From assembly GCF_022539665.2 (NCBI RefSeq), contig NC_081333.1, positions 10,664,001 through 10,728,000 on the forward strand: 64,000 bases of DNA, in the 5' to 3' direction. The notes beneath the pieces were generated by a model. That model worked only from the letters and a program-made list of their open reading frames with translations, was not told the origin of the DNA and made no database searches. Both the position numbers and the translations under genes were made by a program. This document shows positions 11,801 through 24,093 of the stretch, piece after piece (position 1 is the first letter of the stretch; each line of letters starts with the position of its first letter). The stretch is from Daphnia carinata. Taxonomy: Eukaryota.

Positions 11801-14800
11801 TCCGGAATCTCCTCTATCGCCTTTCGGTCCAACTTGACCAGGGGGCCCCTGTTGTAAACAAACGCACGTCAGCCAATTGTCGATGCAAATTGAAATGAAA
11901 TTCATCATTTACCGTGTCTCCTCGAGAGCCGGGAATTCCGGATTCTCCTCTTGGTCCAGCAATACCAGGATTACCCGGCAAACCTTCCTTTCCGGTTTCT
12001 CCTGGCACTCCTCGCAAACCCTTTTATTGAAAAACGTAAGATAATGCCCAAGTTTTCTTTAGTGGAGGGGAGTTACCATATCTCCTTTAGTGCCAGGCTC
12101 TCCACGAAGACCTTGAGGTCCTGGTAAACCTTGTATTCCACGCTCTCCGGATAGACCGCGGGGACCAGGTGGACCCTGAACAAAAAATCGGGACCTCTTA
12201 AAGAAATCTACGCTACGCAATGCAAAAAAGTATAAGTACATCTGTTCCGTTTCGTCCTGCTACTCCTGGCGGACATGTCTGTTCGCAAGCGGGCTGAATT
12301 TGCTCCCTGGGTGGAGGTGGTGGCTGTCAAAACAGATGGATTAAGTTAAGCGTAATGGCATTCAACGTATGCAAAATAGTGATTTGTATTACCGGCAATT
12401 CTTCACATGTTTCACGCTCAGGACGTGCGGGATCGCAGCTCATCACCATCCACTGAAGTTCGATCTGAAAGATGAAATAGTTCAACAGTGAACAACATCA
12501 AGTGAATGCAATAAGGAACCGCTTGGAATCTCAAATGTTGCTTTATACTGACGTACCGGAACAGTTCGTTTAGTGCCGGCCACTTTGGAAATGGCGATCT
12601 CTCCGTTGACGTCGATAGGTCCGCGGATGTCGAGCGGAAGTTCTTCGCTGAACTCGCAGTCGACGTAGAGGACGACGCGTTCTCGATGCACCCCAAAGTG
12701 AACTTTGTGCCATTCTTTATCAAAGACCTAGAATCATGATTGCAATCCACATTACTAACCGACAAGTATCAGGTAAATTTCATTCATTTATTACCTGGGC
12801 TTTGCGGAAGACGAGCGTTTGCAGCTTACCGCTAAAGTCGTTAATGCCGAACTCGATGGTATTCTTGCGCGGATTGAGGGTAACCTGGAACTGTGGGCGT
12901 TGACGCAGATCACTGATGCGAATAATGTTCCATGCTGTCTTCGGTGGTTTTCGCGTTCGGAAAGTGCAGATGAACGAGAACTGCTGCGGAAGGCCTTGAG
13001 GGAAAATGTTTCTGTGATTGGAAATCACCGCGATGAGTTATGCACACGATTGATCAAAAAATTTCATTAGATGGTAACAAGACCTCGTCGGAACGACCAA
13101 ATCGGCTTCCTTCTCCAAGCGATAGGCAGTTTGCAAGCGACTGGAACCGCGCACCTTGGTGACGCCAGGGTACTTGGTCTCGAGAACGTCTAACCGGAAC
13201 TGGCGGATGAAATCAAAGGCTTGAAGATCGTCCTCGCCCGGGCGATAGTCGGAGCAAGGCCCATTAAAGTCCACATCTCCTGCTCCAGGAGCTGATAACA
13301 ATTCAAAAACGAATCATTTTTTTTTTCTTGTTTTCTGTAGAGCTTAAAAATTTAATCGATTACCTGGACGAGTGAAAACGGAAACATCGCCGCGGTTTGG
13401 CGACGAATCTATTGCAATGGCGATTGAAAAAAAAACAAAAAAACATTGATTTATTTTTTTTAAAGGCGCCTGCGATTTCCATCGAAACAAAATTCAGTAA
13501 GAAAATATTTAAATGTTTATAAGATGAGGCGACATTGTGGCCGTCAAACTAGGTCAGGGCGATTTGTGAGCCGGACTTAAAACAGTCGTTCGTTTCAGAC
13601 GATATCTGGTATACATTTGGTTTTTCTTTTTTCTAAATTTCTCTTTTTTTTTTCTTTCTCTTCGTGGCAGCAGTCGCTGGCCGGATAGAAGGATACGGAT
13701 AAAGAGATAGCAAAGGTCGCCAGCCACATGTTATTCCTTCGCCTCTGTGTGGATTCCAGCTCAAAGCAGACCAACTTCAAACCAGTGATTCAAATTCGAA
13801 ACTCTGGTTTTCTCTTTGATCAACCATCTTTTTCTAGTTTTAGTGACATGTTTGAAACGAAATGATTGCCAGAAAAAAAAACACTTGGTAGAAGAAGAAA
13901 AGCAGAAAAGTGGAGACCAACTAGTAAAAAAAAAAGAAATCAAAGTGTAACAAACCCTCAGCGTCGATTTCGTCGTATTCAGAATTGCCAAGTGCGTCCA
14001 AGTCGTCAGTCAATTCTTCATCTTCGTCAAACTCACTTTCACCACTCTCTAGATTAGAACCATCACCGCTGTTAGTATTTCGGTAAATATTTTTCATAAA
14101 ACATTCTTATTTCAAGAAAAAAAAAAATGAGTCTCTTTAAACACCGTTCCGTTTTTGGGTATTCAAGAAATGGATCATGAGAACGTCATCGACGCGTGTT
14201 TATAGTAACGGCCTTCACCCTCTTCAGAGTTCGCAGGTCAGTGGAAAAAAAACACACACACATACAAAACAGAAAAAAAAGTAGAAGCAAAAATATAACA
14301 TAGAGCTCTTGTGAACATATGAACTAATGAGATCGCCAGACTTGATGGGTCTGCCTAACCCAAATAAGAAATCCACGCTCAATAACATACAGCACTCTTG
14401 TAGCCAACCAAAGTGCTGTGTATGCTCGTAAATCTCTGCCCGATGAGATTGTCAAGCAAACAGACTAGCTGGGCTAAAGTGCAGATGGTGAAAAAAAAAA
14501 TCGCGTTCTTAATGGAAAATTTTGATCAACCAAAAAAAAAAAAAAAAAACAGTACAAAAGAACCGTGTCCTTTATAGCCCGGATGAAACGAAAATTCTGT
14601 GAGTAGATAAGGGTTAAGTGAAGTGGAAAGGATCCGTGATATCCGTCACAGAGGCAGATCTAAAGATATCAGGCATTTGCATAAATTCCTTTTACCTTGA
14701 CGTTTAAGTCGCTGCTGACGGGCTTCAGTGGTTCCCCAAAGCTGGAGAGCCAGCAGCAATCCGAACAACAGAAGCTGACTGACTACCTTTCTCCTTTTCC

Positions 14801-15818
14801 TGCAGAAAAAAAAATGCAAAGGAATTTTTTTGATCTAATAGAATCAACATTTTGCCAAAAAATGTCCAAGCGAGACCTTGTCGAGGGAAAAAAAGTACCC
14901 GAGAAATAAATTAGATAGCCACCTTGCATTCGCCTGTCACGATAGCCATCTCCTTTAATACAAGTTATAGCATTCATCCTGTTTTACACAACACCACCCG
15001 TCACCTTTTTGACTTGTTGCAATGGAACAGAGAAAAGCAACAGACCAGTTTATTCACAACATTCCTCTTTTGCTGTAGCAGGCTATCGCACGTGACTAAC
15101 CGAACCTGACTGCGAGAGAGATAATGTATGTATATGTAGCCGTCATGACTGGTAAAGTTTATTTCGGCCGGTTTCATCAGCATACGATCCCCTTCCTACA
15201 CCCCACACCCTCCCCCATCTCGTCCAAATGACCGTACCCATTTTCATAAAATATCGCATTTATCTTCTTTCAAATTCCATGACAGAAGGAAAGGGCAACT
15301 ATTGTTCGTGAGATAGTTTTAAATCAGATTATTGGTGAATATTCTTTTCTAAATGGAATGAAACATGATTGTTGATCATGATTTTAAATGCAGTTGACAG
15401 AAAGGTATGTTCAGCCATAAAGGAAGAGTGATCTGATCAACAGCTACCCCCTCTTCAAGCTGCGCATGTTAATGCTACGGGTACTCTTATGAATAATTAA
15501 ATCACAGTAGATTTTTGTGTTTTTGTGGCCGTGGTGATATCCTCCGCCTTCATGTCACACGCGCCAGCAAATAAAAAAAGAGAAAATCAAATGGCTGTTA
15601 CGATCTTTGGGCTCTCACTTTGGAACCCACCGCATCAAAGTCCTTCCTATACAGATTGATCGCAATCATCTCTTGACGTAAAGCCAATTGTTTACTCACG
15701 AAGCTGTCGCTATGTGTTGGTCGGAGACTGTCCGCTGATTATACGAAGATTCGCATTCCTACATTGCAGAAGAGTTAGTTTCGAATGATTACCTGGTGGA
15801 TAGGACGGTAATAACCAT
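8844..15818 (-). CDS. FACIT/collagen alpha-1(IX)-like collagen: signal peptide, TSPN/LamG domain, interrupted Gly-X-Y helices, C-terminal Cys pair. Start exon uncertain.
   Basis: Signal-peptide exon 14799-14696 ([34 protein letters not shown]). TSPN exons 13300-12400 ([32 protein letters not shown]). Many G-X-Y exons 12300-8900. NC2-like [14 protein letters not shown]. Terminus [22 protein letters not shown]. Candidate start exon ATG 15818 (MVITVLST, phase 2). Confidence 0.88.
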
Positions 15819-17710
15819 CCTCACGACGATGTGTTTATTCCTTTCAGGCGAATGGAACGCAGCAGTTGGGCATGGAAATGTTGGCGAAATGAGTAAGTTG
15901 TGAGCGGCGTAGAGCTTAGGGCGCGCGCTCTCACTCACGACACTATCTCTAGTTCATCGATGTTGGCGGTGCGTGTTGGCTGTTCTTTCTTTCTCCCTCT
16001 GTATATTTTTTTCTTCAAGATGTTGAACTAAAGTCACGAACGAGAGCCTCGACGGGAAGAAACTGCTTGACGCGATCCACTGGCCCTGACTGCAGCTGGC
16101 CGATGTCTTGAAGTGAACTCCTTGGTTGAAAAACCCCCACTCTGTGCTGGTGTAACCCAACGGCCTGACACCAACTTGAGACTGCCCCTCTCTTCTCCAT
16201 CGACTCCCCTATCATCCGCTCAGCTCGTCATTTTCCTCCCACCCTTCCTCTAGCTCCTTCTCGCCTCAATAACATTTTCGTTTTTTCGTCTTCTTCTTCT
16301 TCTTCTCTTCTTCATCATCTTCATCTTCATCTTCAAGTTAGCCCAGTTTCATCTGTTTTTATTCCCCTTGTATTTATTTACTGAAATAGAAGACTGTATA
16401 GTCGAGAACTGATGCTGTACTGTAGGCATCAGCAGCGTGCGTGTTTCCATCTTGTTGTGCATTCACATCCGATCCAGTTATACATAGCAGCTAGCGTCAA
16501 TGAGTTGTTGCGTTAGACAGCTTCAAAAAGGAAAGAGAGAAAAGGGAAAGAAAGAGAAGAAAACGGTCAAATAGTGGATTAGATCTGGTGTAGACGGTGT
16601 CGGTTTTCACAAGTGGTTTAACATTCGCGTCTTAATGCGATGACCAACTCCGACCATGCTGGACGTTTCGTGTTTTTGCTATCGACAACTTGCACGGATG
16701 TTTTCTCGTCCTTCGCCCACCAGCCCTCGAGATTGATCATAATCAGTTTCCATCTTCATCAGGAAAATCAATTAGAGGGCTTGCTCTTTTATGATATCAC
16801 GTCATCGTCCTCCACTTTCAGATAATAGGCTGGGTCTAGCGTTCAAAGCTGACGTTCATCTCAAGCTGTTGCTTTGCCTGCTCGGCATCGAAGCTTGTGC
16901 CCGGCTAGCAATATACACGCAGTCATACAAATAATCTATCTGCGTGGTTCGATTGAAATTTTTGAGCGTGATCGTTTGAATATCTCAACGAGCCATGTTC
17001 TCCCTTGTTTTCTCTCTTTTGTTTCCGCCGTCCTGATTCAGCACAATCGTGCGGCGTGGTTTCACAGAAAACATGTCGAAAACAAACTTTAACCATCCGG
17101 TCATGTTGTGACTGCTTGTGCCTTTAGAAAGAGTTAGTCTTATGTAAACTTTTGGATGAAAGATGTCGAGAGAATGAAAGAGAACAGAACGAAGGAGAGA
17201 CATCGGGGAATCTTAGACGCTGCTATCGGCATCAACGGTCGCGCGGGAGTAGGCGGACAGAGCCGGCAGAGAGAGAGAGAGCGGGCGGGAAACATCACGG
17301 CATCCAGGCGCCAGTAACGAGTCCCTTATCATTTTAAAGTATCAATATGTCATACCATACATGGCCCCTCGAAAAGGTCATGTTAACCGGTTCCTTTCAT
17401 GTTTTTTAATCATGAGAGAGACTTCTTCGATTTTCTTGCGTTGCTGGCAGCTTTCATTTCCACTCCGATGGCGCTCTTCCTTGTACTATTTGATATGTTT
17501 CTTTTTCTTGAGGCATTAGTTCAGACAAGACGATTGTCATCCGACAAGTGCCGCAAACACTTCCGAAAATCATGTTTTCTTAATTAAGTGTTTGATGCAT
17601 AGTTGTTTTATTTGTCGATAGATGGCGAAAAAGTTGTTTACTTCAATTTGCGTTTCAAAGACGAATACCAGATGAATTCAAAAGCGTGGTGGAAAATACA
17701 TTGAAAACCA

Positions 17711-18635
17711 ATGGCTGGCGTTAAGCTAATGGGTCATAGTTCTGATGATGATTTTAAGGGTTGCTCACCTCCTTTAAGCCAAAAACTTGTAAAAAGAAAT
17801 CAAAAAATTCCAAACGGTCACATTTTAGCATCATTGAAATGGAGAAATACTGCAGTTGTCCAGAAAATGACAGGTTGTAGACATGATACTAATTCTTAAC
17901 ATTTGTTTTCTCTTTTAAATAAAAATAGTATAATTCAATGCTTGTCATTCTGTATTAGAGAGTATCAAGGTTTTATTTTCTTCTGATCTTGGCATTGTTG
18001 ATTTCCATCCATCTGGAGACTGTGCAGTGATTTACATTTCTGCAGCTGAAATGATTGAAGGTCTTTTATATAAGAAACGGCTAGCTGGACTTAAAGCAGT
18101 AAATTTTCTCGTGATTTTGGTTTTTTGATCACCATTTCTTAAGGACACCTGTATAATTTCGTTATTGTTAATAGGTCAAAGGAATCCGAAAGGTCATTGT
18201 GGCTGAAAGAACTTACCTGTCATTACAACAATTCTCCTCCCTTCAGCAGTTTGCAGTTCTAGAACTTGAATTAGATCTTATTCCAGTCACGGAAAATGGT
18301 CTTCATAGCCTCTTAGTACAAATGGTATAATGTAAAACATATAAACTGATATATGTTTTATTACAGCTTATTCTGCTTATGAACTTCAGGTATCTGCTGA
18401 AAATAAAATATCAAAAAATCCATTCCTGCAGCCTTTAAAAATTCCAGATGAAGAGCTGTCAGCCCATGTATCAATTGCTTTAAAAAATATTCCAAAAATT
18501 GGGGAAAAGAAAATTATGATGCTGGTGGAGAGATTTGGTTCATTGCATAACATTGCAATAGCTTCAGTTGAAGATTTGTCATCTTTGCTTGGTGCTTCAC
18601 CTGCACAACTAGTATGGGACTATTTTAACAAATGA
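17711..18635 (+). CDS. FAAP24: Fanconi anemia core complex-associated protein 24 (ERCC4-like domain plus HhH2); 4 exons
   Basis: Spliced translation: IPNGHILASLKWRNTAVVQKMT|ESIKVLFSSDLGIVDFHPSGDCAVIYISAAEMIEGLLYKKRL...|VIVAERT...LQQFAVLELELDLIPV...|SKNPFL...LKNIPKIGEKKIMMLVERFGSLHNIAIASVEDL...DYFNK*. Collinear with recalled human FAAP24. Confidence 0.85.
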
Positions 18636-19217
18636 AGTGACATTGTCAGTCCTTCCAATCATCATCGTCGTCAAGTACTATTATTCCAATTGATTATTCC
18701 AGAGTGTGTATTTATTTTCATATGCATAATTTCCAATTCTTAAAATCTAGTATCCATAAAAGAACAATTATTTGGAATCACTTTTACGTCGTCGACAGAA
18801 ATAAGTATGTATTTTGCTTATTGGAAAAATGTTTAAGAAACTAAAAAGTTTTTTTTTCTTTTTTTAAATTCATGAATAGCAAATTATCGGAGGTTCGACC
18901 GATCAATTTACAACAAATCAAGGTGCAGGTCATCTCCCAAAAACGTTAAACTTATTTTTTTTTTTGCACAGATACAGGTGTGGCTAGAATATACGTAGTT
19001 CAATATTGGGTTCAAAATTGGACGTGAAGATACAATTATGAGCTATCGGCATCTGAACATAGATAACCACGAAAAAGGTCTAAAAAAAATGCCGCACTGT
19101 TACACGAACAAAATCGCTTTGACGTCGCGTTGCAATTGGGTATGTACCGTATATATATAGAATAATATTGAATCTTCTACGACAGCCTGCGATTTGCGAG
19201 TCGAGTGTCGGGAAATA

Positions 19218-21563
19218 TCAGTTTTCATCAACCGAGCCATTCTTCCCGTTGACGGGTGGCATTTCATTGGCCATGGATGAGACTACACGTGTAACAAAAA
19301 GATTCAAGTCATTTTGGCGTTTGTTAGCAGTTTCGATAACCTCTTCGTGATTGGCTTCGCCTTGTGCGTCATAATCTGTGATACATTCGTTTGTGATAAG
19401 ACTGAACGCAAAAACAGTCATTCCGCAGTGTCGCGCCACCATCACCTCTGGAACCGTGCTCATCCCTAAAACAGAATGTGATAATACGTGACATTTTCTA
19501 AAGTGAACTTCGTGGGAACGAAAACATACCGACTGCATCGACGCCCAACATGCGCAGAAGTCTCAGTTCCGCAACTGTTTCATAAGCCGGTCCTCCCAAC
19601 ATGACGTAAACGCCTTCACGTATATATTGATCAATACCAATATCTTTGGCTACCTGTTTAGCCATTTGACGGAGGCGTTGGTCATAAGAATTATTCATGG
19701 CCGGGAAACGCGGTCCAAATCTGTCGAACCATATAAAGAAAAGTATTTATTTCCTGCTTTCATTCTCATGGTCTTTACCGATTGTGGCAACTACCAACCT
19801 TTCGTCGTTGCGACCTTTTAAAGGACTATCTCCGGCAAATCCTTGCATATTAATGTGGTCCTTGAGTAGCATGATATCGCCAACGTTATATGCTGGGTTA
19901 AGTCCACCAGCCGCATTCGTTACGATGATATGCGACACGCCCGTTAGTTTCATCACCCTGACTGGCATTGCACACTACAGAAACGGAAGAAACTTGTTGA
20001 TTATGGGAAGAACCAAAACCTTGGCCTATAATTAAATGACCTTCCACAAGGCATATCCTTCGTAGCAGTGGAACCTTCCTTGCATGCAAATGACGGGCAC
20101 ATCTTCTAGTAACCCTATTACCATGCGACCAGCATGCCCCGGAACAGTCGACGCAGGAAAATTGGGAATCTCTTCATATGGGAAAACATCCTTTTCTTTT
20201 AGTAATTCCGCTAGACCACCTTGAGGATTCCATACATAGCAAGATTATAGTAGCTTGACTTGATGGAGCCAAGAAAAACTAAATGGATTACCAAGTCCAG
20301 AGCCGCAGATGATTCCAATTCGTGGACGATGTTTTGTCCGTTCCAGTAGAAAGCGGGAACTCTGTTCGATGACCTCGTATGTGTACCTGTTTTTGAACCA
20401 GTTTAACGGTTGGACGATGAGATCCCATCACTAAAGTACAGCTGTCAAATTTCATGCAAGTCAGTGGAATATTAGGATGTTAGTAGGTTTCAGGTTCCAC
20501 TTACGGATGGGGATCGCCGGGAAAAACGAATTCGAGCACTTCGCGGCCGCCACCGGACGCATGAGCCGTGATAGGAGTCGGCGGCGGGACACTTCCCGTT
20601 TCGAAATTGCAGCCCGGAGAGGTAGGCAGATAGAAAAAGGACAAAGACGAGAAAGCGACCAAAAGCCAAAAAACAACATGCATGCGCTGGTTAGAACCTT
20701 TCTCCGAAACAAAATTCAAAACATTATACGGACAGAACCGGTTTTGCTCGCCATGAAGAACTTAACCGTTATAAGCTATGAAGTAGCCTTGAGAAACAAT
20801 TTCGTAGTGCGTCGGAGGCTTGACTTGCGGGCATGTTTTGCTTTTACCTTCGTAAAAAAGTTAAATATAGCAAATTTTGCTTTGGGCTGCAACTCAAAAA
20901 GGAAATTGTAAGTTGTAAACCCACAACCTTAGTTAGTTGGCATTATTCTAAAATACATTCAGGGTGGTACAGCTAGTCCACGATAAGCTTATACGATATC
21001 CCTCAAGACCTGAACAAGATATCTACGATATCAAATTACGAGTTGATCGACGGAGCATCACGTGCTCGAGGTTGAGAAAAATGTAACCTTTTCTTTCCAG
21101 AATCCACCGATTTGCGACTACGACAGCAGATTGACAAAAATTTCATGGAAACCTGGCCCTGCATGGTATACTTCAGCATTAGCACAAGATAGCCTCTGGG
21201 CAGCGTTGTTTGTTTCCAGCTTTCACTCAAACTGCAAAAGAAGCTAAGCTCCCCTCCACCGAAGGCAAACCATATGGCTAAAAAAGATTGAAATTCGGCG
21301 AATTTTTGGCATGCATAAACCCCAACGAAAAAAAGAAACACGGTTGTCACCGTTTTTAAAAGGTAAATCGACCTTGAAGTTGTTAGTAGAAAACTGATGT
21401 TTAGATGTTAGCCAGCAGATGAATTAAAACGAAAAAAAAAAAGAACTTACGGTCTGTCGATATCGGGAAGAGGATGTTTCATCAACGGTTCAACGTAATG
21501 GCCATTAGTATTGATGCTACCGTTGGTAAGAGGGACCGTTTCTCGGCTTCTTTCTGGCGCCAT
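19218..21563 (-). CDS. PNP: Purine nucleoside phosphorylase (trimeric, eukaryotic type) with several candidate first exons
   Basis: [105 protein letters not shown]. Coordinates use the first exon at ATG 21563. Confidence 0.96.
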
Positions 21564-22997
21564 AATTCACTTGATTTGTTTTTAATCAAAACTTTAGAAA
21601 AATTCAAAAAATATCGATGTTAGGATTCCGCAACTAATAGTGAAGTGACTAGAGAGTTTTGGTTGCCAAGCTTTATATAAGGCTGTTTGCGGGAGGCTCT
21701 GGGGTAACAAAACACGCTCGATGGCCCCCTTCTTCCCCAAGGCCAACGAACATTGCATGGTTCGACCAGAATTGGCTTCGGATTGGTGGGCACGAGTCGA
21801 CACACCTCCTGTTTCTCTATTTCGCTTTCAACAATCGAAAAGACGCAAAACAAAACTTACGTGCTATTTATCACGAAACTGTGCCTTTGGCGGGAACAAC
21901 TGTGAGGAATGTTTTTGCGGATGTCGTTTTTCACGAATTTAATCAGGGCGAAAAGCCCATGACATCATCGGGAAAGATCAATAACACGTGCTGAATTGTC
22001 ATAGAGTTCATCAGCCATGAAAAGGAGCTGCTCATAGTATAGGATTTAAAGATCGCGCACTTCCTCGTCATCGGAGACCGATACCAATTATTAACAAAAC
22101 GTATTTTGCACCAACGGTTGTGAAACAGAATTAGGACAAAATTTCAGAGGAAAAAAATAACATAGATCGAAGCAAGGCTCCACCCTTCATATGTGATTTC
22201 CGTGCAAACTGGAATATCTGTTGTAGGTACGCCCTTGAAAACCATCCATCAAGGTATTCATTATGAGGAACATTCAAGGTCAATACAGGAGATTATAATT
22301 TTTTCTGATTTAGAGGATTTTACCTTAAAGCGTCATCTTTTACTAGCTGACCTGCTATGACCTTTAAGGGATACAGTGAATCCTTAATGGCGAACAGGAA
22401 TTACTGGGTAATACATTCGTCTCTCGAAAGCAGACATTACGGTCCTTATTTCGTTTCTTTTAAGTCATCCTTGTTACAAAATAATGCTTAATGCTTATTT
22501 TACGAAAGTAATATGAAAAACTACAGTGAAACATTCTGTTCACATGGGCGGCAGGTGTACCAAAACGTTGTTAAATGGTAAATATACTTGTAAAAATGAG
22601 CTACTTACCCCTCGGAACTGCAGAATGACATCTCGAAACTCGTCCTTCAAAGGGTAAAGATTTTTGTTTCGCTGTCTCTTAAGGAATGAGCAGGTAAAGG
22701 AATTAGATCCCTAAACTCTTTCCGACCTGTGTTCCTTCGTCTGCAAAAATGTACCAGAAAGAAAGATGGCCACCACCATGATCGTTATTTGAGGACCTGC
22801 GCACCGGTTTTTTTATCTGTTCTGTAAAAGATTGTGTAGTTTACTATTTAAGAAAGAATCCGATTAATTCATAATTTAATTGATCGATATAGCTGGATAT
22901 AAATGGACAAATACCCCAAAACAAATTGATTTACAAGTAAACAAATACCAACATATGTTTAACGGGTTAAGTATCATTTCCTTCTGGCAAACTATAT

Positions 22998-23116
22998 AAG
23001 TCGATATCAAATTCTGCATTCCCAGCTTTTTCCCTTGCAAATAGCTTCTAATACCTTAAAGTCGATATCAAATTCTGCATTCCCAGCTTTTTCCCTTGCA
23101 AATAGCTTCTAATACC
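22998..23116. repeat. Direct tandem duplication of a 58-bp unit (period 61)
   Basis: AAGTCGATATCAAATTCTGCATTCCCAGCTTTTTCCCTTGCAAATAGCTTCTAATACC occurs identically at 22998 and 23059. Confidence 0.95.
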
Positions 23117-23213
23117 ACTTCAGTTCAATCCGAACTTCCGCTTTTTATATAATATAAGAATGGTTATTTTTCTTTACCATTGTTATATACCTGAGATTTG
23201 AACCACATCGTAT

Positions 23214-23287
23214 GTTTTCATGGTGTAGTTGGTTATCACATCAGTCTAACACACTGAAGGTCTCCAGTTCGAACCTGGATGAAAACA
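23214..23287 (+). tRNA. tRNA-Val(AAC)
   Basis: Acceptor stem GTTTTCA/TGAAAAC, anticodon arm TCAGT-CTAACAC-ACTGA and T arm TCCAG-TTCGAAC-CTGGA. A T7 terminator lies just downstream. Confidence 0.93.
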
Positions 23288-23680
23288 GATATTTTTTTCT
23301 TAATTCAAATTCTTTTAGGAATGTTCATATGTCTTTTATTAGATATAAAATTTTAGTAACGTTGATAAATTCACTAGATGTGAATTGTGAATTTTCTGAT
23401 TTTATATAAATATATGTATAAAACTCGTCGTATGTGGCATTACTGCATGATCCTTTGCGTCATTTGTGTTAGCAATTATTTTCTTCTGCTATCGCCACTA
23501 ACCAGTGGCTTTAGGATTTGCTCTTGACTTTGTATGTTATTGCTGAATATTAATATTAATTTATTATAAATAACTTACAACATTTCACCAATAGTCTGTG
23601 CCAGGTATGAAAAGCTTCAAGCAGTTTTATGTATCTAGGATACATCGTTCAACCACGTTTACCATTCAGAGTATCTAGTC

Positions 23681-24093
23681 ATGAGCTCCAATGTTTTTCG
23701 GAAAGTTACCTTGTTGTTAAATAAATGGCCACTGGATCTATCCAAAAAAGGACGGTAAATTGATTCACGATACAAAATATGGAAAATTTTCTTGTACCAA
23801 CAATGTTTCTTTACAATTGTAGTGATATTGGAGAACACATAAGACAAAAAGTTGCCATCAGTTTTCCTCAAGGCGAGACTTCTAAGGTTGATGTACAAGA
23901 ATGGACAAATTTTGTGGAGCACCTTGGCAATATTGCAAACAACAAATCTTTAACAAACCACCCAAGAATGCTGAAATCATCTGCAACTGGTTTGAGTGTT
24001 GAAGAATGCAAAGAAATTGTATCAACAGACTTCATATCATATGTTGGAAGACATGAACGCTTAAGGCCTGTCAATCCCAATAAGGTAGATTAA
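23681..24093 (+). CDS. UQCC2: Ubiquinol-cytochrome c reductase complex assembly factor 2; 3' end may be spliced further (possible last exon ending 24284)
   Basis: MSSNVFRKVTLLLNKWPLDLSKKGR|DIGEHIRQKVAISFPQGE...HPRMLKSSATGLSVEECKEIVSTD. Aligns by eye with recalled human UQCC2 ([28 protein letters not shown]...SGLSLEEYKLILSTD). Confidence 0.8.
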
